Notes: a model not told the origin generated them from the sequence alone. Shown: positions 32,644-44,323, counted from the first letter of the whole stretch. The stretch is 63,526 nt of DNA, filler included, from Globobulimina sp. (GCA_003354225.1; 14 parts of 14 records of this genome joined end to end with filler, not necessarily neighbours in it), one strand, 5' to 3'. Translations and numbers: made by a program.

Positions 32644-33909
32644 ATGACCAACAAAAGGATTGTTAATCCGGACAGAAAGACACTGGAATCCATACAATGG
32701 CTTGAGCAATACAGCAAAGAGCACAATCTGCCGAGTAAAGAGACATCTGTAGTCGAAGATCTTAAGCAGGCTGCGGCTGAGTATCTTAAGTGGATCCCTT
32801 CAAAAGGATATACTCAGGGCACCCAGAACTGTTACAGGCAGAATCTGAATCAGTTTGTAGACTTTATCAGCCGCAGAAGGTTTTCATGGGATGAGATTTT
32901 TACATTAGAAACCGTAAATACGTTTATGAATGTTGCCGGTCACAGGCGGGCGTTTGGGATAAGGGGGCTTGCACGATATTTGTTTCTGCAGGGTAAGATA
33001 AAGCGTCCGATAGAAACAGAAACAAGAGGCTGTCTGCCCTGCATATATGAAGAGTATCTAAAATACTATGCAAAAACCCACAGGATTCACAGGGGAACGA
33101 TAACCAGCGCAAAAAGAGTGCTTCGATCATTTCATAGTTATCTTATAAAAAACAAAACCGCTCTTTCTGAATTAAACATAGAACGTGTAGATGCGTTTAT
33201 TGCCGAGTTCACATATGGTCTTAATCCGAAAACAGGCAATGGATATCGTTCTGCTTTTCGCGGGTTTTTGCGCTACCTGTATCATGAGAGGGAAGTGATA
33301 AAAAGAGACCTTGCGCCGCTTGTGACCGGGGTCCCCTGTTTTGGGCAAAGCAAACCGCCCGCGTTTTTAAGGCCGCATGAAATTGAAAGGCTGTTTGATG
33401 TCCAGGAAATCAGCACGGCATCGGGCCTGCGGTCATATGCGATGATTCAGCTTGCCTGGAGCCTGGGACTTCGGCCAAAAGAAGTAAGCCTGATCCGGCT
33501 GGATGACATCTCATTTAAAAAATATGAACTTTGTCTTACCGACAGGAAAAACAACACGCCTGTGGTGCTGCCTGTGCCGGAAGAAACGATCAAGGCTGTT
33601 GCTGCCTATATCATAGGAGCAAGGCCGTCAATAAAACACAGGCTGCTTTTTACAACGCTTAAGGCGCCTTACAGGCCCGTTACTTCCCAGGGAGTCAGCC
33701 GCTGCATTAAAGCCTGTATGCAGAAAGCCGGCCTTTCTTCAAAGGCTTACCACTTGCGGCATACCTATGCCCGGAGTCTTCTGGAGCAGGGGGCAACGAT
33801 CTTTGAAATAAAAGAGATGCTGGGCCATGATGAACTGCAGTCCTCCATGGCATATCTTGCTGTTGATACGAAATTAATGCGAAAGGTGCTTTTTAATGAA
33901 ACCGTTTGA
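32644..33909 (+). CDS. Tyrosine recombinase RitA-like
   Basis: GLRPKE, HLRHTYA, LGH and the catalytic Tyr in SSMAYL, plus extended N-terminal SAM-like regions. Confidence 0.92.
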   Translation: MTNKRIVNPDRKTLESIQWLEQYSKEHNLPSKETSVVEDLKQAAAEYLKWIPSKGYTQGTQNCYRQNLNQFVDFISRRRFSWDEIFTLETVNTFMNVAGHRRAFGIRGLARYLFLQGKIKRPIETETRGCLPCIYEEYLKYYAKTHRIHRGTITSAKRVLRSFHSYLIKNKTALSELNIERVDAFIAEFTYGLNPKTGNGYRSAFRGFLRYLYHEREVIKRDLAPLVTGVPCFGQSKPPAFLRPHEIERLFDVQEISTASGLRSYAMIQLAWSLGLRPKEVSLIRLDDISFKKYELCLTDRKNNTPVVLPVPEETIKAVAAYIIGARPSIKHRLLFTTLKAPYRPVTSQGVSRCIKACMQKAGLSSKAYHLRHTYARSLLEQGATIFEIKEMLGHDELQSSMAYLAVDTKLMRKVLFNETV

Positions 33910-34873
33910 GAGCTTTATGGCACAGGAACTGGAAGATTATATTCTGTTCCGCCAGAATACCGGCAGGGATATTAAAAGCATAAGGTCATCTCTTATTACT
34001 TTTGACAGATACCTTACGGATGCAAATGCAAAATCCCGCAGGCTGGAACCTTTGTTCTTTTTTGAGTTGAGGGAACGGCTCAAGCAGAATCCTCGAACAG
34101 TCAACGCGATCCTGTCCGGCCTGAGGAGTTTTTTTAAATTCCTGGTACGTAAAGGAAGCTATACACAAAATCCTCTGAAAGATATACCTCCTCTCCCTGA
34201 GAGTTATTTTATTCCTTTTGTGTTTTCTCCTGAGCATACCGACAGTCTTTTGGCAGAGGCCTGCCGGATGATACGAAAAACCGAAAGGTATTATGTAAAA
34301 GATCTTGCGGTATATACTGCCGTGGTACTCCTGGCCCGCTGCGGTTTGCGGATCTCAGAGCCTGTGAAGATGAAAATAACCCATTACAGGCCTGATGAAA
34401 AAACCATTTACATAGAAAAAACCAAATTTAAAAAAGACCGGCTGATACCTGTTCCGCTTACCGCTGCAGCCGTCCTTGAGAATTATATAAGCGTTCGAAA
34501 CACAATTCTTTCTGATGATCATTGTGAATATCTTCTCGCTGACGGCAGGGGGAACAGGTTAAACGGCCCCGGTGTCAGGCAGTTTTTTCATCAGGCTGTA
34601 AAAAACATAGGTCTGGACTGTCCTAAACTGATTGAAAAAGGCATGACCTTCGGCAATCCGACACCTCACAGCCTGAGGCATTCTTTTGCCATAAACACTT
34701 TAAAGCGGATAAAGGAGAGCGGAGGATCACCGCAGCAGGCGCTCCCTGTGCTTGCCGCTTATATGGGGCACAGAAAGTATAAGTACACAGGAGCGTATCT
34801 TAAAGTATCAGACGCAAAGGATGTGCAGGGCCTGATTAAATTTGCGGCTGCGCATAAAAAACATTCAAGATGA
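33896..34873 (+). CDS. Tyrosine recombinase RitB-like
   Basis: GLRISE, KTKFKKDRLIP, HSLRHSFA, LPVLAAYMGH..YTGAYL. Overlaps ritA by 14 bp. Confidence 0.92.
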   Translation: MKPFESFMAQELEDYILFRQNTGRDIKSIRSSLITFDRYLTDANAKSRRLEPLFFFELRERLKQNPRTVNAILSGLRSFFKFLVRKGSYTQNPLKDIPPLPESYFIPFVFSPEHTDSLLAEACRMIRKTERYYVKDLAVYTAVVLLARCGLRISEPVKMKITHYRPDEKTIYIEKTKFKKDRLIPVPLTAAAVLENYISVRNTILSDDHCEYLLADGRGNRLNGPGVRQFFHQAVKNIGLDCPKLIEKGMTFGNPTPHSLRHSFAINTLKRIKESGGSPQQALPVLAAYMGHRKYKYTGAYLKVSDAKDVQGLIKFAAAHKKHSR

Positions 34874-35889
34874 AATTATCCACATTTATAAAAGAGTTTT
34901 TTGTCAACTACCTGCCGCATATAAAAGGCGCAGGCGATTATACTGTCAAATCGTATAGGGAGACATTTAAGATCCTTCTTCCTTTTGCGGCAGAATACCA
35001 CAAGGTTAAAATCGAATCCCTTAAGCTGAAGCATCTCTCATCAGGTCTTGTCCTGGACTTTCTGCAGCATCTTGAAAAAGAGCGCAAAAATACCGCAAGG
35101 ACAAGAAACCAGCGGCTTGCGGCAATAAAGTCCTTTGCAAGGATGATACGGTTTATGTGCCCGGAAAAACAAAAAACAGCGGAAAGAATACTGAATATAC
35201 CCAAAAAACGGACCCAGAAAAAACTGATAGGTTTTTTTTATCAAGAAGAAATCATGGATATTTTTAAAACCGTTGATATTAAAAAAAAGGAAGGGTTCCG
35301 TGATTATACTATCCTGCACCTGCTTAACAACTCAGGTGCCAGGGCGGGTGAGGCAGCCTCGCTGACGGTTGACAGCCTTGATCCAAAAGAGCAAACGCTT
35401 GTCATACTCGGCAAAGGGGACCGGTACAGATTAATCAGACTGTGGCCAAAAACAGTACAGCTTGTGAACCTGTACATGGCTGATTACAGGATAGAACCTA
35501 AGCCCTTATATCGTGACCGGCTGTTTATTAATCAGCGGGGTGAAGGCTTTACCCGCCACGGGATATACCGCATCTGCAGAAAGTATATCAGAAAAGCGCT
35601 TCCGGCTAAACGTCTTAAAAACATAAATCCCGCGCACAGCTTTCGTCATTCGTGTGCCATGAACATGCTTGCGTCCGGGTACTCGATCTCTGACATCCGG
35701 AATCATCTTGGACACGACAACATACAGTCCACGATGATTTATCTTCAGATGGATCTTAGACATAAAAAAGAAGTGCAGAAGAAATTTATAGAACATACAC
35801 AGTCACTGTTAAAGCACGATGATAAAATAAAAGAGCTGATAGACTGGGAAAACAAAGAAGAGATAATGACCTGGCTGGACAGTTTGTAA
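34870..35889 (+). CDS. Tyrosine recombinase RitC-like
   Basis: TRNQRLAAIKSF, GARAGE, LGKGDRYR, HSFRHSCAM, LGH..STMIY and a C-terminal IMTWLDSL. ATGA overlap with ritB. Confidence 0.92.
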   Translation: MKLSTFIKEFFVNYLPHIKGAGDYTVKSYRETFKILLPFAAEYHKVKIESLKLKHLSSGLVLDFLQHLEKERKNTARTRNQRLAAIKSFARMIRFMCPEKQKTAERILNIPKKRTQKKLIGFFYQEEIMDIFKTVDIKKKEGFRDYTILHLLNNSGARAGEAASLTVDSLDPKEQTLVILGKGDRYRLIRLWPKTVQLVNLYMADYRIEPKPLYRDRLFINQRGEGFTRHGIYRICRKYIRKALPAKRLKNINPAHSFRHSCAMNMLASGYSISDIRNHLGHDNIQSTMIYLQMDLRHKKEVQKKFIEHTQSLLKHDDKIKELIDWENKEEIMTWLDSL

Positions 35890-36162
35890 AAATGCTGTAC
35901 ACCAACCAGGAACATGAAAAGAAGTACGCAGGAGGTCAAATTATTACGCTGTGTGTTTATCTGAAAATATTGGCGGTTTTGAGATATCTTGTTGATTTTA
36001 AAATCAAAAAGACGTTTTCAGGAGTGTCGTTGAGCTTTTGAATGTTTTTAGAGGGTTAGGTCTACTCGCAACATAATTGAAGTACAGTGTCATTTTTTAA
36101 CGCTTTTTTTCAAAAAATCCAGACACTAAATATGGGATTGTTCGTATATCCAATTTGTCCCC

Positions 36163-36270
36163 TTTATTGTCCCATACGTGTATTAAACGTAAATGACCAT
36201 AAATATATGTTTGGTGGAAGGTGTAACAAATACACCAACATGAGAAAAAAGAAAAAAACTGATGATACGA
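36163..36270 (+). pseudogene. Internal fragment resembling a bacterial CoA-substrate-specific enzyme activase / 2-hydroxyacyl-CoA dehydratase activator fusion
   Basis: YCPIRVLNVNDHKYMFGGRCNKYTN resembles the Cys-rich linker of these anaerobe proteins as I recall them. There is no upstream coding context, so it appears interrupted. Confidence 0.5.
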
Positions 36271-37063
36271 NNNNNNNNNNNNNNNNNNNNNNNNNNNNNN
36301 NNNNNNNNNNNNNNTTAATTAATTAANNNNNNNNNNNNNNNNNNNNNNNNNNNNNNNNNNNNNNNNNNNNTATTGTATGAACTGTAATATCAAAATGTGT
36401 GGAATAAAGCAAAAATGCTTATTAATTTTACACGTAATACGCGCCTTTGTTTTACGGGTTGGCCCCACTGTTTACGATGTTGAAAAAAAAGTGAGTATTC
36501 TAGGATGGGTAATAGGTCTCTTTTCTATTTGAACAGCTAAATGTATGACCTTCCTGGTTTGTTTAAAAAGTTTGCTTGCCGCTGCAACGGATGACTTAGC
36601 TTCACCAACACAAAGTACATCATAAAATGCAGAATTCGCAGTATAATTATTCATCGCATAATTATATTTTATATATCTGGTAACTATTAAAGTCACATTA
36701 TCATCACTTCTTTGTTTATCCAAAATGGTTGATAGAGAGGCCATGGATTTTTTATTTTACACACAACCTCATTTTGTTATATAAAACACAGATTCCACAC
36801 TCAAACTACCCAAAGCTCTCTTAACTTGTCGTAATGTCACTGGAAAAATGATGTGGATACAACACTTCTCCTTTTGGATCATTTAAACGTCCAATAACTA
36901 ATACACATTTCGCGTCATTTATTACGATCCTTTATTTTTGTGGCCTCTGACGCAAAGTTGTAAAGAAACGTTTGAAGCAGTTTCTGCAGGATGCCATGTC
37001 CATGATTTTCAACTGTTAAAGTTTTTTTTTGTGTACAAATTTCACTAAAGCTCACGTACAAGA

Positions 37064-40000
37064 ATGGCGTCTACAAAATTCTCTTCACGCGAAAACGTGA
37101 AAGTAATCATCCGCTACCGTCCAGTCAACAAAATCGAACGCAAACATGACAACGACGTAATCGACGCGGAACCAATGACTTGGGACGAAAAAACACATAA
37201 CATCAGAATCGGCAAAAAGCGAAACAAAACATGGGGCTTTGATGGCGTGGCCGGTCCCACCGTCGATCAAGAAGCAATGTTCCGCATTGTCGCTGAGAAA
37301 ACCTGCAAAGATGTACTCAACGGCTACAACGGCACCATCTTCGTTTTCGGACAAACCGGTTCCGGCAAAACCTATACAATGTATGGCGCCGAAGACAAAC
37401 CGGAGGACGTCTCCTTAATGGGGGTGATCCCACGCTGCGTATCCTACATTTTCAACGAAATCCAGGCTGACCCAGAAATTGACACATTTCGTGTTACTTG
37501 CTCCTTCTTGGAAATATATCAGGTACCATCCACACCCAATTCTGCATAACCTATCCTCGCAAAATCGCACATCAAACCTCAGGAGAAGCAGCGGGATATA
37601 CTCAACAACGACAAACACCAAGACCTCAAAATTCGGCTAAACAAACGCCACGAGACCTACGTCCAAGGCCTGGTGGAGCATCAAGTCGAATCTATCACGG
37701 ATGTGTTGCAATTGATATCCATCGCTGTGGGGAACCGCGTGACGGACAGTCATACGATGAATGCAGTGTCCTCGCGGTCGCATATGTTGATGAAAATGAC
37801 CGTTGTGGTGAAATTAAAAGATGGTACCATACGCATTGCGGCTGCGAATTTCGCAGATTTAGGTACTTTTTCTATGGTTGGGTTGGTGTAATATATTAAT
37901 ATATAAATGTTATTTAGCCGGCAGTGAGAAAGTAAAAAAAACCGGGGCTCGCGGCATGAGATTGGACGAAGCGAAGTCTATCAACAAATCATTGACTGTC
38001 TTAGGTATTTTTGCATGTTTTTAGTTGTTTGCCATAAATGAATTAATGTATTTCGTGACTGTCAGGTATGGTGATTCATGCACTGAGCAGCGCGAAGAAG
38101 AAACACGTACCGTTTCGGGACAGTATGTTGACGCACGTATTGCGTGACAGTTTGGGCGGGAATTGTAAGACGACGCTGGTGGTGACAGTGAGTCCGCATA
38201 AATATAATCGGAACGAGAGTATAAATTCATTGCGGTTTGGTCGCCGCTGCAAGTTAGTGACCAATAAAGCGAGTGTGAACCGCGTGTTTTCTAACGATGA
38301 GCTGATGCGCAGATTGGCGATGTTGGAGGCGAAGAACGAAGAGTTGCAAGAGATGCTGAAGCAAAAAGCGTACGATGCGTTTCAAAACAGCGAGTTGCCG
38401 AAACAGATTGAAGCGTTGCAGGGCGAATTGGGCGAGGTATGTACATAAATTTTAATATCAACCAACCCGAAATGTATTATTTTTTTGTCAACCAATACAA
38501 AATACATTTTTTGACATAGATACGCGAGAAATTGAAGGCAACGGAGGGTGCGAATGACGATTTGGATAAAATTATCGCGGAATTAAGGAGTGCGAAATAT
38601 GAGTTAGAGGACAAATCGAATGAGGACATGAAGCAAATTGAAGGCTTACAAGCGAGGATCAAAGAGTTAGAGGCCATTGTGAAGGAATTGAGTGCCGAGT
38701 TAGAGAAACAACGACAGAATGCCGAGTATATGAATAATAATAATAAATTGCTTGAGGATAAATTAGAAAAAATGACGCAATCCAACGAGGATATAAATGC
38801 ACAGATTGGTGTGTTACAGACTGATTTGAGTGGTTTGAGGCAGTTTAAATATGATACCCAACAAAGTGCGATTGTAAATATGATGAAACAGGAACAGCAA
38901 CGGAATGAAATGAATTCGTTAAAGCAACAGATACAGCAACAATCGTTGCAATATCAACAACAAATTAGCACTGAAAAGAATGCGACCGTGTCAGTGCAGA
39001 AAGAGCTAAATTTACAACAACAGAAATTAAAGCTATTACAAGGGGATAATGAGAAATTAGAACAAGAAAAAGAATCGATCGAAGAGGAGAGGCAGGCGAT
39101 GGAACAGGAAAAGATGAAATATGAGCAAGAATTGGTGGTGAAAGAGAAGGAAATCTCCAAATTATCGATGGAAAAACTGGAGGAAAGCAACGATAATAAC
39201 AGCGAGGAAATGAAGCAAGAAATCCAGAAAAAGGACATCGAAGAAGCTGTCCAAGCAAAGGAAGATGAGCTAAATGCGCAATACAAGCGTATGGTGGATA
39301 AAATCCAGAAAGAAAATACGTTGAAATTAGAGAAATTGCAAAGTGATTTTACATCGAAAAACGCAGAGTTACAAAATGAACACAAACGCAAAGAACAGGA
39401 ATTAGCGGACAAGGAAGAGCTTTTACGCAATGAAATTAAACAAGAACTGACCATACAGATTAAAAACGAAACCGACAAGGAATTCAACGCCAAAATGATG
39501 GAATCGCAGAGCGAATTTACATCGCAATTAACGGGTTTACAAACTGCGTTGAATGAGGCCCATACGGGCAATACTTCCATGCGAGAGGAGATTGAGGAGG
39601 AACGCAAGAAAAATAAGCAATTGCGGACAGAGGACAACACGAAATCGGATAAAATCCTCGAGATTCGCAATGAAAACGAACAGTTACAGTCGGAATTGGA
39701 GCATTTACGCAAACAATTGGCAGAGGAGAAGAATAACAGCGGCAATATGACATTGATGGAGGAGGACTACAAGCATCGTATGGAGGAGCATGATGAGGAA
39801 AAAGACAAATTGTTGCAAGAACAGGAAGCGTTGAATCGTATGGTCGATGACGAACGGCGCAAAATCGATGTGTTAAAGGACGAATTCCAGCGCAAAGCAG
39901 AGCTGTTTGGAGCGAAGGAAAAGGCGCAGGCGGACTTATTGCATAAAGAGAAGCAGGAAAAGAAAGTGATTAAGACGGAGTTGACGGAGCACCGAGGCAT

Positions 40001-40814
40001 TATTACGAAGTCTCACCACTTATTGGCGAAACAGAACAAGTTATTGAAGCAGCGGGAGAGCAAAATCTATTCGTTAGTGGAGAAACAGAGCTCGTACTTG
40101 GATAACATGAATAATTTGCGCAGTATACAGATTGGAATGGACGAGGATGTGGCCAAGAGATTGCTGGATAAGGAGGCCGAGGTGGAACGGGCCCGCATCC
40201 TCAAACTGGAGGAGCAGCGGCGAAGGGATGACGAGTTTGTGCGTAATTTGTTGATGCGGGAACATAAGAGCGTGGATAATGTGGATATTAAAGGCAATGC
40301 AAAGGCAAAGCCGAAAGCAAAGGGGCGGAATAAGAGCGGTGTGGACAGTAAGAGTGTGACGATCGAGTATGATGTGAGTAGTGGCGATGTGGAGCAATTG
40401 ATGCAAATTGCAAATGCAAACAGTAAAAGCAATTTGTCGCAGCAGATTGCCAGTGTCGCTTTACGGCAACAACACGATCGGTTGATGGGTGGCAAGGTAC
40501 TGTTCTATACATAAACAAATATTATATGTTGTATGCTATTGCATTGTATAAGGTGAAGAAAAGCGTGTTGGATTTGTGGATCAAATCGCAGATGCAATTG
40601 ATGTGTGGACAGTTGCCGACATTGTGCAAGAAATACGGCGTACAATTGAATAAATTGAATGATATGTACGGTGATAAGAAGCGAGACTATCAACCCAAGA
40701 TCGACCAACATCATTACTTAAAGTTCCGTGGAGCGAACTGGGACCCAAAAGAGTTTGAGACGCCGATGGGCGACGACATGAAGGATTTCTATAACGGCCG
40801 CGGCAGATTTGGCA
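37064..40814 (+). CDS. Kinesin heavy chain-like motor protein with a long coiled coil (3' partial)
   Basis: [68 protein letters not shown]. Introns 37523-37582, 37863-37917, 38005-38065, 38437-38519 and 40497-40551. Confidence 0.95.
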
Positions 40815-40914
40815 NNNNNNNNNNNNNNNNNNNNNNNNNNNNNNNNNNNNNNNNNNNNTTAATTAATTAANNNNNNNNNNNNNNNNNNNNNNNNNNNNNN
40901 NNNNNNNNNNNNNN

Positions 40915-41681
40915 GTTTGCCATGGGCATGGATACGTTGTGCAAGATGGATAATTGCGGAGCCGTAGAGGCAAAGTTCATATGTGGACGCGTGATAGACT
41001 TCGCTTGCATTTTGGCAGCAAATAAGCGCTCCGTTTCACTGCCATGCTTCTCGCCTTTGGTGTCTTTTTTATAGGCATAGCTGACATGCACTGGGCGGTT
41101 GCACAGAAACTGTCCATTCATGTGTAAGATGGCGGCATCCGAGGACTCAAAGTCTGCGAAGTTCACAAAGGCAAAGCCGCGCGATGTGCCGTCATCTTCG
41201 TACATGACTTTTGCTGATAGGACTTGGCCAAATGCGCTGAATGTGTTGTATAGTAACTGTGTGGCGGTGTGTTTGTGTTTGTGTTTGAGTTTGTGGCTGG
41301 TACTCATGATGCACGCCTTGCACCGGTGTTGTGTTTGTTACATACTTGATCATCAACTTCGGGGTCGAGGTTGCCAACGAATACATTGGCACCGACGCCA
41401 GTGTCTTTTCTGTCGCGCGAGGCTTTGTTTATTTTGAGCGATTTGCCATAGAGACGCACCATGTTCATGATTTTCATGGCGTAGTCTGCGTCTTCTTCAG
41501 ACGCAAACTCACAAAATGCATAGCCTTGGTGTTCGTGCGTGATTTTATCGCGTGGGATGTTGACAGACACGACGGGTCCGGCTTGGATCATTAGTTCCCA
41601 TAATAGTGACTCGTCTACGTTTTCATCCAGACCACCTATCCAAACGGTTGCTTCTTGGTTTCGATCAAAATGGAGTGCCAT
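40915..41681 (-). CDS. SF3B4: Splicing factor 3B subunit 4 (SAP49), 3' partial
   Basis: [45 protein letters not shown]2 [28 protein letters not shown]. Intron 41257-41345. Confidence 0.97.
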
Positions 41682-41856
41682 TGTACGTGGGTTTGATTTG
41701 TTTTAAATAAAAACCTTAACTCAACTTAGCTTAAAAAATGTCTCGGAGCAAGTTTTATTTTAACGGATATACTCGGAGCAAGTGTTATCGTGTTCATATA
41801 AGAATTCATTTTCGAAAAACTGTATATTAAAAAAACATTTTTTACATGGACCCAGA

Positions 41857-43698
41857 TTACGGTTGAGTTGATTCTAAGGGAACAAAAGCATTTTCATCAT
41901 CACCATCCTCATCCTCATCATCATCCTCATCCTCACTGTCATTTTGTTGCATTTCTGATGGTAATGTGATTATAGGTTCTTGCGCTTGTTCATCATCGAT
42001 ATCATAAATAATATCCACAGTTGGTAATATTATAGCATTTGTATTGGGTGAATTCGGAGAGTCCATAGTCGTTGTAATTGGTGTCTCGACTTTTGCGTAA
42101 TCCATACTTGTAATAATTTGATTAATTTTAACATTCTCCTTCTCATCATTCTGAGCATGCACATATTTTCGAGCTAACTCCTTTTCAATTTGTTTATACT
42201 TTGCAGTTTTAATAAACCGCGCCAACGAATCATTTAATAGCGACAAAATCGATTGTATTGTTTCATCAAATAAATGAACTAATTTCATCTCATTTAAATT
42301 ATTTATATTTTCCAAATCATTTAATAATTTTCGTTTCAATTTATATGAAATATTTATTTCAAACTGACATTGATTTACAATATATTTTTCGATTAATTGT
42401 TTTGCGATATTCTTGGCATCAAATATGCCGTCTTCTTGCTTTGGATCATGAACAATAATACTTTGTGGAATAATGTGTGGCGGCAAGGATAAAATTTGTA
42501 ATTCATTATTCGGATCATACTCATTGCCATTTCCATAGATTTGTTTCATTAATATCTGATATTGCGTAAATTCAATGATTGCCAATGCAGATTCTAAACA
42601 GAATTCGGTCAATAAATGAGATAAAAACATTTGAAATCCGTGCTCATTTTCTAATATTGAGATTAATAATGAGATTGCTTCGTTTTTCGTGCCAGAGCTA
42701 GTGCTAAGTCTACCACTATGACTATGTAAGCTTGATACTCTATGTCGCGTAATATTAATTTCTAACTTTTTATGCGACACTCTACGATTAAATGACCGAT
42801 AATGTAAATACAATTTGGAGGGTTGCTGATTTATATATAATCGATGTTTATTTTTGGAAATGGTCCAAAAAGTTAAATGTAAGCCACAAATAAAGACACC
42901 CGACAAATATGTATATTCAATGCATAATGATACGATAAAACGCGAAGGTGGATTGAGTGAAAACGTTGTTACAACACCGAATATTAAGTACAAAACAATC
43001 AAACTGCTCCCAATAATCACCAATATGCGACATTCTTCCCGTACTCGAAAATAATCCAAATATTTTGGTGTTTTATGCCAAATTATGGTGGCTAATATTA
43101 ACGGTGCGGTCATCAGCAACAATGAGATAATATTATGGTATTTATTGGTATATTTTAGAAACGCGAAGAATGGGATGATAAGCGATGGCAATAATATTAT
43201 AATTAAAACTTTCTTAAGTAACCACCTCTCGTTTCCAATGGTTGTTTTGTGTAAAACATACCAATTTGTGTGGTAAGTGACATTGTGGCGATTGATATGC
43301 GTTTTCCATTGATTTCCTTCGGAGAATAATACAAATTGAATGTCATAATATAGCAACCAATATTTTATTAAACAGATCCATAATACGGAATGATTTGTGA
43401 CTGGATAGGTTAATATAAATATGACGCGCAAGATTTCCAATTCATAATATATAGCATTTGCGCAATAAATTATACGGTTCATAAACATACACAACATAAC
43501 TAATTCTACATAAATTGTAATATTTGGTCTGCGTGTTTTAATACATGCGGCGTCTCGAAATTTGCTATATTTAAAGGTAAAATACAATAAAATTGGAATT
43601 GCCAAACCATATAAGCCCATCATAACTTGCAAACATATTATATCTGTGTCCGTGGACGCTTGCAGGCCAGAAGCATTCACAAGAAATACATCTATCAT
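41857..43698 (-). CDS. 7TM-RGS protein (seven TM helices + regulator of G-protein signalling domain)
   Basis: Hydrophobic N-terminal half; RGS-like ILENEHGFQMFLSHLLTEFCLESAL...LIEKYI..QFEINISY...LFD....LLNDSLARF. Confidence 0.85.
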   Translation of the reverse strand: MIDVFLVNASGLQASTDTDIICLQVMMGLYGLAIPILLYFTFKYSKFRDAACIKTRRPNITIYVELVMLCMFMNRIIYCANAIYYELEILRVIFILTYPVTNHSVLWICLIKYWLLYYDIQFVLFSEGNQWKTHINRHNVTYHTNWYVLHKTTIGNERWLLKKVLIIILLPSLIIPFFAFLKYTNKYHNIISLLLMTAPLILATIIWHKTPKYLDYFRVREECRILVIIGSSLIVLYLIFGVVTTFSLNPPSRFIVSLCIEYTYLSGVFICGLHLTFWTISKNKHRLYINQQPSKLYLHYRSFNRRVSHKKLEINITRHRVSSLHSHSGRLSTSSGTKNEAISLLISILENEHGFQMFLSHLLTEFCLESALAIIEFTQYQILMKQIYGNGNEYDPNNELQILSLPPHIIPQSIIVHDPKQEDGIFDAKNIAKQLIEKYIVNQCQFEINISYKLKRKLLNDLENINNLNEMKLVHLFDETIQSILSLLNDSLARFIKTAKYKQIEKELARKYVHAQNDEKENVKINQIITSMDYAKVETPITTTMDSPNSPNTNAIILPTVDIIYDIDDEQAQEPIITLPSEMQQNDSEDEDDDEDEDGDDENAFVPLESTQP

Positions 43699-43744
43699 TA
43701 TGCTTACTGCCTACTTTCCAGTCACAGTCCGCAACTCCAACACC

Positions 43745-44323
43745 ATGGCAATGAAAAGAATCATTTCAGTGAACACTCATTTATCATTAAAGCAAATATC
43801 ATATGCTAATCGGATACATTTGAGAAGGTTCTGCGCGATTCAATGCGGTACTGAGCCAACAACATTTGCCAAGCGATATGCATCGCGATGTGAAACAACA
43901 GGAAAAGTAAAGTTAATGGTTGGGGATTATACAACAGCGAATAAAACCTTTACATCGGCAGATGTTCAAACCTATGCAGAGATAACGGGTGATGATAATC
44001 CAGTGCATAATGTGAATAATGATGAAGCTGCCCAAGCGGCTGGATTTAACGCATCAATATGTCACGGCATGTTTAGTGGTGCATTATTTAGTGCAGCTGT
44101 TGGTGGTAGTTTTCCTGGCGCAGTTTTAGTGGAAAAAACGCTAAAATGGAAAAAGCCATTGTATCTAAACGAAGCATTGCATGCACGGGTTGTGGTTTCA
44201 AAAGTATTGACGAGGAAAAAACTTGTTTTATGCGATATGAGTGCTAAAAATCAAAACGACGAAGTTATTGTAGAAGGAAAAGTCACCATTCTTGTCAGAG
44301 ACTTGGATGAATCTTCAAAATGA
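43745..44323 (+). CDS. MaoC-like hot-dog (R)-hydroxyacyl dehydratase with a probable mitochondrial presequence
   Basis: DVQTYAEITGDDNPVH, ICHGMF, FPGAV. N-terminus is Arg/Ser-rich and poor in acidic residues. Confidence 0.88.
   Translation: MAMKRIISVNTHLSLKQISYANRIHLRRFCAIQCGTEPTTFAKRYASRCETTGKVKLMVGDYTTANKTFTSADVQTYAEITGDDNPVHNVNNDEAAQAAGFNASICHGMFSGALFSAAVGGSFPGAVLVEKTLKWKKPLYLNEALHARVVVSKVLTRKKLVLCDMSAKNQNDEVIVEGKVTILVRDLDESSK

Larger units (their letters stand above)
31983..36076 (+). mobile_element. RIT (Recombinase-In-Trio) element with an extra Cys-rich leader gene; bacterial contig
   Basis: Three overlapping tyrosine recombinase genes of 421/325/339 aa. Left end TTATGTAGCGA-N6-TTATGTTGTGA (31983-32010); inverted copy TCGCAACATAA at 36066-36076. 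Shine-Dalgarno AAGGAGAG before 32151 and 32644; no introns. Confidence 0.88.

Noticed and set aside
38954-40495. Long antisense ORFs opposite kinesin (and similar ones opposite the TBC, PDZ-like and FANCD2 genes)
   Set aside because: These are shadow ORFs of Glu/Lys/Asp-rich coding strands.
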